From the NCBI GenBank assembly GCA_963977015.1, contig CAXBMO010000006.1, positions 160,001 to 224,000 of the forward strand: 64,000 nucleotides of DNA. The letters run 5' to 3'. Origin of the DNA: an uncultured bacterium (lineage in GTDB: Bacteria; Verrucomicrobiota; Verrucomicrobiia; Verrucomicrobiales; DEV007). Both the position numbers and the translations under genes were made by a program. The notes beneath the pieces are model-generated. The model ran no database searches. It was not told where the DNA came from and saw nothing but the letters and a program-made list of their open reading frames with translations. Positions 1-9,794 of this stretch are shown one piece after another (the stretch's first letter is position 1; the number at the start of each line of letters is the position of its first letter).

Positions 1-54
1 TCGAAGATGCCCGGTGCTGAGCATGTCGGGCAGGCAACCGCGCAGATGCACTAA
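1..54 (+). CDS. 3' end of upstream gene, probably alternative complex III subunit ActB (partial)
   Basis: Frame 1 is open to TAA at 52-54 (SKMPGAEHVGQATAQMH). Identity is inferred only from position directly before actC. Confidence 0.45.
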   Translation, partial: SKMPGAEHVGQATAQMH

Positions 55-69
55 TTTTTACTGACCCAG

Positions 70-1455
<1,386 letters not shown>

Positions 1456-1457
1456 CA

Positions 1458-2018
1458 TTGAGCGATTCCGAGAAATTAACCAGAGCCTGGGGCTATGTGG
1501 CGGAGTTCGAAAGCCCGAAAGCGGTTTTCGATGCTGCTAAAAAGTGTCGTGAAGAGGGATTTAAGCGATGGGATGTCCATTCGCCGTTCCCGATCCACGG
1601 GATGGATGCCGCGATGGGATTGGGGCCCTCCTACCTTTCAAAGTTCGTCTTCTGCGGAGGACTTTTTGGGACGTTGACAGCCCTGGCCCTCCAGTTTGGA
1701 ACGCAGGTTGGCCTTTATCCGACGATTGTTCAGAACAAGCCGGCGAACCTTTGGACGATACCGGCGTTCTTCCCAATCACGTTTGAGCTGACGATTCTGT
1801 TCGCCGCATTCACCATTCTTTTTGGCCTGTTGATCATCATCAAGCTGCCGAGACTTCATCATCCACTGTTTGGATCCAAGTCCTTCACCAAGTTTTCGGA
1901 CGACGGCTTCATTATCGCGATCGAAGCGCGGGATCCCAAATTCTCCAGGGAGAAAACCAAGGAGTTTCTCCTCTCCGTGGGAGCGACCGAAGTTGAACTC
2001 GTGGAGGAAGAACTCTGA
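1458..2018 (+). CDS. actD: Alternative complex III subunit ActD (DUF3341)
   Basis: DVHSPFPIHGMDAAMG and FFPITFELTILFAA motifs, two TM helices, follows actC. TTG start. Confidence 0.92.
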   Translation: MSDSEKLTRAWGYVAEFESPKAVFDAAKKCREEGFKRWDVHSPFPIHGMDAAMGLGPSYLSKFVFCGGLFGTLTALALQFGTQVGLYPTIVQNKPANLWTIPAFFPITFELTILFAAFTILFGLLIIIKLPRLHHPLFGSKSFTKFSDDGFIIAIEARDPKFSREKTKEFLLSVGATEVELVEEEL

Positions 2019-2034
2019 GACTTTTTTAGGAACA

Positions 2035-2733
2035 ATGCGCTGGTTTTTCCTCATTACTTTTCTATTTGCAGTCCTCTGGGTCGGCCTTTGGGGCTGGCAG
2101 GGACAGACGTCGACCAATAATCCGGTCGAGGTGTTCCAGGACATGGATCATCAATACAAACTGCGTCCCCAGAAGCAGAGCGACTTCTTTGCTGACGGAA
2201 TGGTCAGTCGCAAGCCGGTGGAAGGAACCGTTCCCATGGGATACGTGGTTCCGGACAAGGCGATTTCCAAAGGTGGAAAGACCGATCCCCGGCTTGGCTT
2301 GTCCAATGACTACTACAGCACGGGACTGATCGGAGAGTTTTTCGGCTCCGGATTCCCTGAAGGGATTGAGGTCAGTGAGGACTTGCTGGATCGCGGTGAG
2401 CAGCGATTTGATATCTATTGCAGCGTTTGTCACGGGATGAGCGGTTACGGGAAAGGGGTTGTCGCCTCGTTCTGGTTGGGAGGAACACTTCCGCCGACCG
2501 CGAATCTGATTGATCCGAGAGTTGCTGAAATGCCGGAGGGACAGATTTTCCACACCATCACCAACGGGAAAGGCCTGATGGGGCCTTATGGAGGAAATAT
2601 CCCGCCAAATGATCGCTGGGCGATTGTGGCCTATTTACGTGCTCTTCAATTGAGCCAGAAGGCAGATCTGAAAAATCCGAAGGTGAAGGCTGCCTTCGAT
2701 GCCGCAGCCCAGAGCACCGAATCTACTCAATGA
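2035..2733 (+). CDS. actE: Alternative complex III monoheme cytochrome c ActE
   Basis: ATG at 2035, N-terminal hydrophobic anchor, DMDHQYK..PQ..SDFFADG..SRKPVEGTV, CSVCH heme motif, GLMGPY, DRWAIVAYLRALQ. Confidence 0.92.
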   Translation: MRWFFLITFLFAVLWVGLWGWQGQTSTNNPVEVFQDMDHQYKLRPQKQSDFFADGMVSRKPVEGTVPMGYVVPDKAISKGGKTDPRLGLSNDYYSTGLIGEFFGSGFPEGIEVSEDLLDRGEQRFDIYCSVCHGMSGYGKGVVASFWLGGTLPPTANLIDPRVAEMPEGQIFHTITNGKGLMGPYGGNIPPNDRWAIVAYLRALQLSQKADLKNPKVKAAFDAAAQSTESTQ

Positions 2734-4280
2734 GCGCCCACAAATCTGTTAAAGACCTCCCGAAAGGTGGAGAAAAGATCGACGGCAGCAAGGTTGCTGG
2801 AGCCAAGATGTTGTTTGCCCTGCTTGGGGTGATCGGCTTGGGAGGTATCCTGATTGCTTTCTTCATGGACGGTGAAAGTCATGAAGACGTTGCCGACCAG
2901 GCATCCTATTCTTATTTGTTCGCCTTTACCTTTGCTCTCACTTTGGGAATGGGCGGTTTGTTTTGGACCATTCTGCATCACGCGACCAACTCGGGATGGG
3001 GGATTTCAGTCCGTCGCCAAATGGAGAACATCATGGGGCTGCTGCCGTGGGTGTTCGTGCTTTCGATTCCTTTTTGGATTCCCAGCATTCGCGAAGATCT
3101 CTGGGAGTGGGAAGCCAAGGCGGTAAAACTGAAGGCTGAGGCCGGGAAGCTTGTTTCAGGTCACCTTGCGACGGAAAATGCTGAGTGGTCCCATCAGGTA
3201 GAGGATCTCAAGGGAAAAATCGCCGAACGAAAGGCATTGCTCGGAAATCTTGAGACGGGTGGGGGCGTAACGCCCGGAGACCTTGAGGCGATCAAGGAAC
3301 AAAGCATCGATCTCGAAGCAAAACTCGCGGTGCTTGAATCTGAGAAGCCGAATGCGAAGTCGGTTCTCAAACACCTGATGAAAGTCGGTGATGAAGAGCA
3401 TGGTCTTCAGGGAGATACCCTTTTGACGGAGAAATGGTTCTTCTACTTTAAGGACACCAAATTGCGCCTCGTTCTCTACACGGTCATTTTCGTGCTGATC
3501 GTCTATCTTCTAAGAAGTTGGTCGATTCGAAACGATAAGATCGCCGGAGAGGACTTGTTCAAACGCTCTCGTTACTGGAGCTGCTTCTTCCTGATTCCGT
3601 TTGCGGCTGGCTACACCTTCATGGTGATCGATTTCCTCATGTCCCTGAACTACAAGTGGTTCTCGACCATGTGGGGAGTTTACCTGTTTGCCGGCGCCGC
3701 CCTCAATGGGATGGGACTGTTGGTAATTGTTATCACCTGGTTGCGCAGCAAGGGTTATCTGAAGGAAGTCGTCAGTGACGAGCACTATCACCTGATGGGG
3801 AAACTGATGTTTACCTTCTGTGTGTTCTGGGCCTACATCGCATTCAGTCAGTATTTCTTGATTTGGTATGCCAACATTACGGAAGAGACGGAATTCTTCC
3901 TCCTGCGGAACAGCGGCGAGTGGCGAACTGTGAGTATGGCCCTCGTGGTGGGACACTTCTTCATCCCGTTTGTGATTCTTCTATGGCGGGGTGTGAAGAA
4001 GAAGGCCCATTTGATTTGCACGGTAGCGGTTTGGAACCTGGTGATGCACGTTGTTGATGTTTACTGGATCGTGATTCCCGAGCGCGCACCGAGCCTGAGT
4101 GCCTTGGCTCATTCTAAAGAGCCTGTTCTCTGGTATCCAGGAGCTCTCCTCTTTGATCTTTTAGCCTTGGTCGGCGTTGTCGGTGTCTTGGGATACGTTC
4201 TCATCCACATCATTCAGAAATCGAGTCTCTACCCCTGTGGTGACCCTCGGTTGGAAGAGTCAATTAACGTTGTGAACTAG
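2730..4280 (+). CDS. actF: Alternative complex III subunit ActF (ActC paralogue)
   Basis: Polytopic, with WFSTMWGVY, HYHLMGKLMF, FWAYIAFSQYFLIWYANITEE and DVYW motifs. ATGA overlap with actE. Confidence 0.9.
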   Translation: MSAHKSVKDLPKGGEKIDGSKVAGAKMLFALLGVIGLGGILIAFFMDGESHEDVADQASYSYLFAFTFALTLGMGGLFWTILHHATNSGWGISVRRQMENIMGLLPWVFVLSIPFWIPSIREDLWEWEAKAVKLKAEAGKLVSGHLATENAEWSHQVEDLKGKIAERKALLGNLETGGGVTPGDLEAIKEQSIDLEAKLAVLESEKPNAKSVLKHLMKVGDEEHGLQGDTLLTEKWFFYFKDTKLRLVLYTVIFVLIVYLLRSWSIRNDKIAGEDLFKRSRYWSCFFLIPFAAGYTFMVIDFLMSLNYKWFSTMWGVYLFAGAALNGMGLLVIVITWLRSKGYLKEVVSDEHYHLMGKLMFTFCVFWAYIAFSQYFLIWYANITEETEFFLLRNSGEWRTVSMALVVGHFFIPFVILLWRGVKKKAHLICTVAVWNLVMHVVDVYWIVIPERAPSLSALAHSKEPVLWYPGALLFDLLALVGVVGVLGYVLIHIIQKSSLYPCGDPRLEESINVVN

Positions 4281-4287
4281 AATTTCG

Positions 4288-4878
4288 ATGAGTAAGCAAC
4301 TTCATCCCGCAGACAAACCACTTCTCAGACTCGGCGCCTATCTTGGCGGTTTCGTCGCCATTTTCGCTTTCGCTTTGTTGGGGCTCCTCATTGCCAAAGC
4401 TCCCGTTCGAAGCAGCGAACCTTCCTTTTCGGAGGAGACAGCCAATGCTCGGAAAGCGATCGCTGATAAAGTCAAGGCAGCAGATGTCGCTGCCCTTACC
4501 GAGCCGGAGTTGATTGATGAAGCTTCCGGGGTTGTTCGAATTCCGATTGCAGCGGCCAAAGACGTGGTTCTTGAAGAACTCCAGAGCCTGAAGCCGAAGA
4601 AGTCTGCCATTCCCCTTCCGGGTTCGGCTGCCGCAACCAAGCTCATGCAAGAGCAGTCCGCGCCGGCTCCAGCAGCCAAAGCTGAGCCAAAGGAGGAAGC
4701 GCCCAAGAAACCCAAGGCCAAACCACAAGCAGCGGAGAAGAAAACGCCTGCTGCTGCGGAGCCGAAGCAACCAAAGAAGCCTCAGCAAAAGCCGAAGGCG
4801 GACGCTGTGCCGACGGACGAGGCCAAGCCTGCTTCCAAGCCTGAAACTCCCGCGAAACCATCAAACCCGCAGGGTTAG
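4288..4878 (+). CDS. ActG-like single-pass membrane protein with Pro/Ala/Lys-rich tail
   Basis: One TM helix, IDEASGVVRIPIAAAK resembles the ActG GVVRIPI..A motif, lies after actF. Confidence 0.6.
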   Translation: MSKQLHPADKPLLRLGAYLGGFVAIFAFALLGLLIAKAPVRSSEPSFSEETANARKAIADKVKAADVAALTEPELIDEASGVVRIPIAAAKDVVLEELQSLKPKKSAIPLPGSAAATKLMQEQSAPAPAAKAEPKEEAPKKPKAKPQAAEKKTPAAAEPKQPKKPQQKPKADAVPTDEAKPASKPETPAKPSNPQG

Positions 4879-4883
4879 TTTTT

Positions 4884-6356
4884 ATGAGTTCCGATACCAA
4901 CGAAATCGATATTAACCTTCGCGCGCAGATTGATCGCTCACTGCGCTTTCCGTTGCTATTTTTCTTCACGAGCGCCGCTGTATGGTTGGTTTTCGGCACG
5001 GCGTTGGGGTTTGTCAGCTCCTTGAGCTTGAATTTCCCCGGCCTGTTTGAAGGATGCGCGTTCCTGTCCTACGGCCGGGTCTTTCCAGCTCAAATGAATG
5101 CGCTGGTATACGGTTGGGGAATGCAGGCCGGTTTTGGAGTCGCCCTGTGGATTATGGCTCGTTTGAGTCGCTCCACCTTGAAAAACCCGGCGACAGTCAT
5201 CGTCGCCGGCCATGTCTGGAATGCGATGATCCTGTTTGGCTTGTTCTCGATCCTTTTTGGTTGGGGGACTTCAATTATGTGGTTGGATTTTCCGAAGGCC
5301 TTCGCACCTGCCGTGGTCGGAACCTTTATCGTGATCATGATCTGGGCGTTGGGAATGTTTGCGGCACGCCGCGACCGCGAAGCCTACGTATCCCAATGGT
5401 ACATTCTCGCCTCTATTCTCTGGTTTCCTTGGATTTACCTCACCGCCAATTGGTTCATCCACATTGATGAAGGTGCGGCCGTGATCAAGGCTGGGATTGA
5501 TGCCTGGTATGTCAGCAACATGATTTACATGGTGCTCGCCCCAATCGCGTTGGCTTCTGCCTACTATATTGTTCCCAAGGTCATTGGTCGGCCGATCTAT
5601 AGCAACAGTATCGCAGTGTTTGGATTTTGGACGCTGGCGATTTTCGCCGGTTGGACGGGGATGAATCGAATCATGGGCGGGCCTCTTCCGGCTTGGATGC
5701 CCACCTTTGGAAGCGCCGCTGCCATATTCCTGCTCATTCCTGCGTTGGCAGTTGCCTTTAACCTGGTAAAGACGCTCGGTTCACGTTCGGATTGGATCAG
5801 CTACAGTCCTTCGTTGCGATTCACCATTTTCGGAGTCTTCGCCTTTGTCGTGACCGTGGCGCTCGGCGCGATCATGTCCATCTTCCCTGCCGGAAAGATC
5901 TTTCAATTCACTCATGCGCAGGCCGGCTACGACCTGCTCGCGGTATATGGGTTTTACTCAATGACCATTCTTGGTGCGATCTACTTTATCGTTCCCCGGA
6001 TTGTCGGTTGCGAGTGGATCAACGGGGGCTGGATTCGATTCCATTTCTGGTTTTCGGCCTATGGAACCATCGCCATTGTGGCGTTCATGGTGTTCGCCGG
6101 CATGGCCCAGGGTTACATCATCAACAACTGGGGAGAGGATTTCTTAACCTCCGTCGAACGAGGAAAGCCCTACTTGGCTTCGCTCTGTTTGGGATGGGGA
6201 CTCATCGTTATTTCAAACATCGCCTTCCTGTTTCACCTCGGTCTGATGGCGATTAAGCGCGGCCGAACCGATGAGGTCGGGCCGACCTTGATTCATAAAC
6301 AGCCAGAGGATTACTTTGCAGAAACAGAACTAAGCAAGGAAGGAGCAAACGCATGA
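4884..6356 (+). CDS. CcoN-like (cbb3 oxidase subunit I fold) membrane protein lacking the heme/CuB histidine ligands
   Basis: About 12 TM helices with CcoN landmarks (LSYGRVFP, YVSQWY, YYIVPK..GRPIYS, FW..IF..WTG, GAIYF..PR, HFW), but the ligand positions read Q, S, NR and Y-D-L. Confidence 0.8.
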   Translation: MSSDTNEIDINLRAQIDRSLRFPLLFFFTSAAVWLVFGTALGFVSSLSLNFPGLFEGCAFLSYGRVFPAQMNALVYGWGMQAGFGVALWIMARLSRSTLKNPATVIVAGHVWNAMILFGLFSILFGWGTSIMWLDFPKAFAPAVVGTFIVIMIWALGMFAARRDREAYVSQWYILASILWFPWIYLTANWFIHIDEGAAVIKAGIDAWYVSNMIYMVLAPIALASAYYIVPKVIGRPIYSNSIAVFGFWTLAIFAGWTGMNRIMGGPLPAWMPTFGSAAAIFLLIPALAVAFNLVKTLGSRSDWISYSPSLRFTIFGVFAFVVTVALGAIMSIFPAGKIFQFTHAQAGYDLLAVYGFYSMTILGAIYFIVPRIVGCEWINGGWIRFHFWFSAYGTIAIVAFMVFAGMAQGYIINNWGEDFLTSVERGKPYLASLCLGWGLIVISNIAFLFHLGLMAIKRGRTDEVGPTLIHKQPEDYFAETELSKEGANA

Positions 6357-7000
6357 ACAGTTTTCGCGGTTTCATTTTATGTTTAGGGGCAACTTTCGCC
6401 CTCCCTTGGATCTTCCTGATCGTGGTTCCTTTCAAGGCGACCTCCAATCTGGATGTCGTAGAGTTTGAGGTCGAAGGCGAGAAGGTGACCTATCCACCAG
6501 CGCGTGTCGGAGCCGTTCGCGGCGCGGAAGTTTATGCCAGGAATGGTTGCGCCTACTGCCATACACAGATGGTTCGGCCAACGTATGCCGGGACTGATAT
6601 GTGGAGACCCGGTTGGGCTGGAAGAGGGGGCGAGGAATCAACCCTGCGTTCCACCATCCCACAAGATTACCTTGGAGAGAAGTATGCTTATCTGGGAGCC
6701 TTGCGCCACGGACCTGATTTGAGCAACGTCGGTTGGCGGATCACCGACCGGAAATGGCACTACGAGCATTTGTATGATCCTCGCTCGATCAAACCGACAA
6801 CCATCATGCCGAGCTACCGCAACCTTTTCGAGAAACGCCGGGTGATTGGGCAGCTCTCCGCAGATGCGATCGAGACGTTTGAGAAGAATGGCGAAACCTG
6901 GGAAGTGGTTCCCAGCAATGACGCAAAGTCTCTGGTCGATTACTTGATGTCGCTGAAGAAGGACTTTCTCGTACCCGACAGTCTTGCAGCAACGAAATAA
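6353..7000 (+). CDS. ccoO: CcoO-like monoheme cytochrome c (cbb3 subunit II family)
   Basis: N-terminal TM, G..VY..NGCAYCHTQMVRP, G..RHGPDLSNVG, WHYEHLYDPR, IMPSY, LVDYLMSL. Confidence 0.85.
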   Translation: MNSFRGFILCLGATFALPWIFLIVVPFKATSNLDVVEFEVEGEKVTYPPARVGAVRGAEVYARNGCAYCHTQMVRPTYAGTDMWRPGWAGRGGEESTLRSTIPQDYLGEKYAYLGALRHGPDLSNVGWRITDRKWHYEHLYDPRSIKPTTIMPSYRNLFEKRRVIGQLSADAIETFEKNGETWEVVPSNDAKSLVDYLMSLKKDFLVPDSLAATK

Positions 7001-7774
7001 ATGGCGATGGACGAAGATCACAATCAGAACTTGGATTACGGCGAACGCTCAAGCGTTGCGGATTTGAACTCAGCGGTGAAGCGTGAAAAATCGGAGCCTA
7101 CCGCAGGGTTGGAGCCCGTTTCGATCTGGGCTTTCATCATTGCGGGATTGGTGATGGTCGCTGGCGGTGCCTACCTCGGCGCGTATTCAGCGGGTGGCTT
7201 GAGCATGAAGAACACTTACGCGGTTGCCAACTACGTTCCAGCGGAACGCCCGGTGCTTGAAGGATCTGTTGTGGTCGAGGATACGCGACCTTGGATTGAC
7301 AAGTGGATGGCTGGTGGGAAATCCGTCTATGCCACCTGTCAGGCTTGTCACCAGACCAACGGAAACGGGATGCCTGGCCAATTTCCTCCTCTTGGCGATT
7401 CAGAGTGGGTGGTGAACGGCACTGAACGACTTGGCGCAATCCTGTTTCCCGGGATTCAAGGGCCGATGAGCGTCAAAGGATCGACTTACAATGGGTTGAT
7501 GCCAGCCCAAGGCGCAATGTTAAGCGACAAGCAGATCGCACAGGTCATGACCTATATCCGCCGCAGTTTCGGAAATGATGCGTCTGTTGTGACGGAAGAA
7601 ATGGTGAAGAATGCGCGGGCCAAGTATGGTTCCCGAACCGCACCATGGTCCGAAGCAGAACTTCTGGAAATTCCTCAAGACGCGATGCTTCCGGGCGCTG
7701 AAGTTGATTTGCAGACAGGGGAGCCGTTGGGAGGCGGGGAATCTGGAGGTGACGAACCTGCATCGGACGTATAG
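7001..7774 (+). CDS. Membrane-anchored class I monoheme cytochrome c
   Basis: One TM helix, CQACHQ..G.GMPGQFPPL..SEWV, YNGLMPA Met ligand, IAQVMTYIR..FGN. Confidence 0.9.
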   Translation: MAMDEDHNQNLDYGERSSVADLNSAVKREKSEPTAGLEPVSIWAFIIAGLVMVAGGAYLGAYSAGGLSMKNTYAVANYVPAERPVLEGSVVVEDTRPWIDKWMAGGKSVYATCQACHQTNGNGMPGQFPPLGDSEWVVNGTERLGAILFPGIQGPMSVKGSTYNGLMPAQGAMLSDKQIAQVMTYIRRSFGNDASVVTEEMVKNARAKYGSRTAPWSEAELLEIPQDAMLPGAEVDLQTGEPLGGGESGGDEPASDV

Positions 7775-7838
7775 GATGCGTCCCGCTTGCCTCGAGATAC
7801 GAAACAAGTAAGCCTAGAAGAACAACCACCATTTTTTC

Positions 7839-9758
7839 ATGAGTTCGACGACCGAATCTGCTGCTGGCCACGGCCACGACGATCACGACCACCACGATCC
7901 TTCGTTCTGGCAGAAGTACATTTTTTCGACCGATCACAAGGTAATCGGAATCCAGTACGGAATCACCTCGCTGGTCTTCATGGCGTTTGGATTTTTCCTC
8001 ATGATGGTGATGCGATGGAGCATCGCGTATCCTGACCAACCACTTCCCCTGGTCGGGAACTGGCCGTTTTTCCGGAATTGGATTGGCGAAGACGGATTGG
8101 TGACTGGTGAGCTTTACAACATGTTTGGGGCCATGCATGGCACGATCATGGTGTTCCTGGCCGTGGTGCCTCTCGCGTTCGGGGCTTTCGGGAACTACGT
8201 GACTCCTCTGCAAATTGGAGCCCCGGATATGGCGTTTCCCCGCTTAAATATGGTGAGTTATTGGTCTTACCTGTTTGGCGGAATCTTGATGCTGACAAGC
8301 TTCTTCCTGACCTCTGGTGCCGCCAAGGTGGGTTGGACAAACTACTCACCGCTCGCCACCACGACAGACCTTCATTTCCGCGATAAGTTCTGGACCGGGC
8401 AAACCCAGTGGCTCGTTGCGATGGTCTTCTTGATCAGCTCGTCACTGTTGGGCGCGGTCAATTTCATCACCACCATCATCAACCTCCGTGCGCCGGGAAT
8501 GACCTGGTTTCGGATGCCCTTCTTCTGCTGGGCACAGTTGGTGACCGCCTTTCTCCTGCTGCTCGCGTTCCCGCCACTGGAAGTGGCCGCAGTGATGCAG
8601 CTGATGGACCGTCTTGCCGGAACCAGTTTCTTCGTCCCGACCGGATTGGTCGTTGGAGGATCGCTCTTTGATTCTGCCGGCGGCGGTAGTCCGTTGCTCT
8701 ATCAGCACCTGTTCTGGTTTTTGGGACACCCGGAGGTTTACGTTTTGATCCTACCAGCGATCGGAATTGTTTCGGAAGTTGTCGTCAACAATACCCGAAA
8801 GCCTCTCTGGGGGTATCGGACCATGGTCGGAGCCGTGATGGTGCTCGGATTTCTGAGCTTTATCGTATGGGCCCACCACATGTATCTCACGGGAATGGGG
8901 ACCGCGATATCGACGTTCTTCCAAACCACGACGGTGCTCATTTCTGTTCCGTCGGTGATACTGATCACCTCCCTCCTCATTTCGATGTGGGGTGGTTCGA
9001 TCCGCTTCACGATGCCCATGCTCTGGGCGACCGCTTTCATTCCCATGTTCGGAATTGGAGGTCTTACCGGGTTGCCTCTGGCGTTTAACCTCATCGATCT
9101 TCACCTTCACGATACCTACTACGTCATCGGGCACTTCCATTACGTCGTCGCGCCGGGAACCATTTTCGGGCTGTTTGCCGGCATCTACTATTGGTTTCCA
9201 AAACAGACGGGGAGACAGATGAACAAACTCCTCGGCCACCTCCATTTTTGGCCATCGCTCATCTGTATGAACCTGATTTTCGCGCCGATGTTTATTCAGG
9301 GCATGTCAGGAATGCACCGCCGAGCGTTTGATGGCGGGGCTGCCTACGAGCAGATCGCAAGTCAGGTTTACTTGGGAGCGGATCATCCGTTGGCAAGAAT
9401 GTTCAATGCCTTCTTCAAGAACGGTGCCCACCTACCCGTCGAGGTGATTGACCTGAACCTGGTGACCTCTTTTGGGGCGTTCGTCCTCGCCTTGGCTCAG
9501 ATCCCATTTGTGGTGAATTTCTTCTGGAGCATGTTCAAAGGAGGGAAGAGCACCGAGCGCAATCCCTGGCAGGCAACTACCTTGGAGTGGGCCTGCCCAA
9601 CGCCTCCTCCTCACGGGAATTTTGACAAGGACCCGGTGGCTTATCGCGATCCTTACGAATACAGTGTGCCTGGAGCTGAGTCAGACTACACTCCACAGTT
9701 TGAGCCTGATCCAGCCGAGGTTACCGAACCTGAAAAGAAGGATGCTGCGGCTTCCTAG
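7839..9758 (+). CDS. ctaD: A-family heme-copper oxidase subunit I
   Basis: STDHKVIG, MHGTIMVF, GAPDMAFPRLN, YQHLFWFLGHPEVY, WAHHM, LHDTYYVIGHFHYV, GMHRR, NPW..TTLEW. All six His ligands are present. Confidence 0.97.
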   Translation: MSSTTESAAGHGHDDHDHHDPSFWQKYIFSTDHKVIGIQYGITSLVFMAFGFFLMMVMRWSIAYPDQPLPLVGNWPFFRNWIGEDGLVTGELYNMFGAMHGTIMVFLAVVPLAFGAFGNYVTPLQIGAPDMAFPRLNMVSYWSYLFGGILMLTSFFLTSGAAKVGWTNYSPLATTTDLHFRDKFWTGQTQWLVAMVFLISSSLLGAVNFITTIINLRAPGMTWFRMPFFCWAQLVTAFLLLLAFPPLEVAAVMQLMDRLAGTSFFVPTGLVVGGSLFDSAGGGSPLLYQHLFWFLGHPEVYVLILPAIGIVSEVVVNNTRKPLWGYRTMVGAVMVLGFLSFIVWAHHMYLTGMGTAISTFFQTTTVLISVPSVILITSLLISMWGGSIRFTMPMLWATAFIPMFGIGGLTGLPLAFNLIDLHLHDTYYVIGHFHYVVAPGTIFGLFAGIYYWFPKQTGRQMNKLLGHLHFWPSLICMNLIFAPMFIQGMSGMHRRAFDGGAAYEQIASQVYLGADHPLARMFNAFFKNGAHLPVEVIDLNLVTSFGAFVLALAQIPFVVNFFWSMFKGGKSTERNPWQATTLEWACPTPPPHGNFDKDPVAYRDPYEYSVPGAESDYTPQFEPDPAEVTEPEKKDAAAS

Positions 9759-9794
9759 CTCGCAGAACGCAGTCTAGTGACAAGATAGAATAAG

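Noticed and set aside
4884-6356. Calling the CcoN-like gene a pseudogene
   Set aside because: Full length, no stops or frameshifts, and translationally coupled to ccoO.
4884-7000. Functional cbb3 oxidase (ccoNO)
   Set aside because: All six His ligands are absent from the subunit I-like protein.
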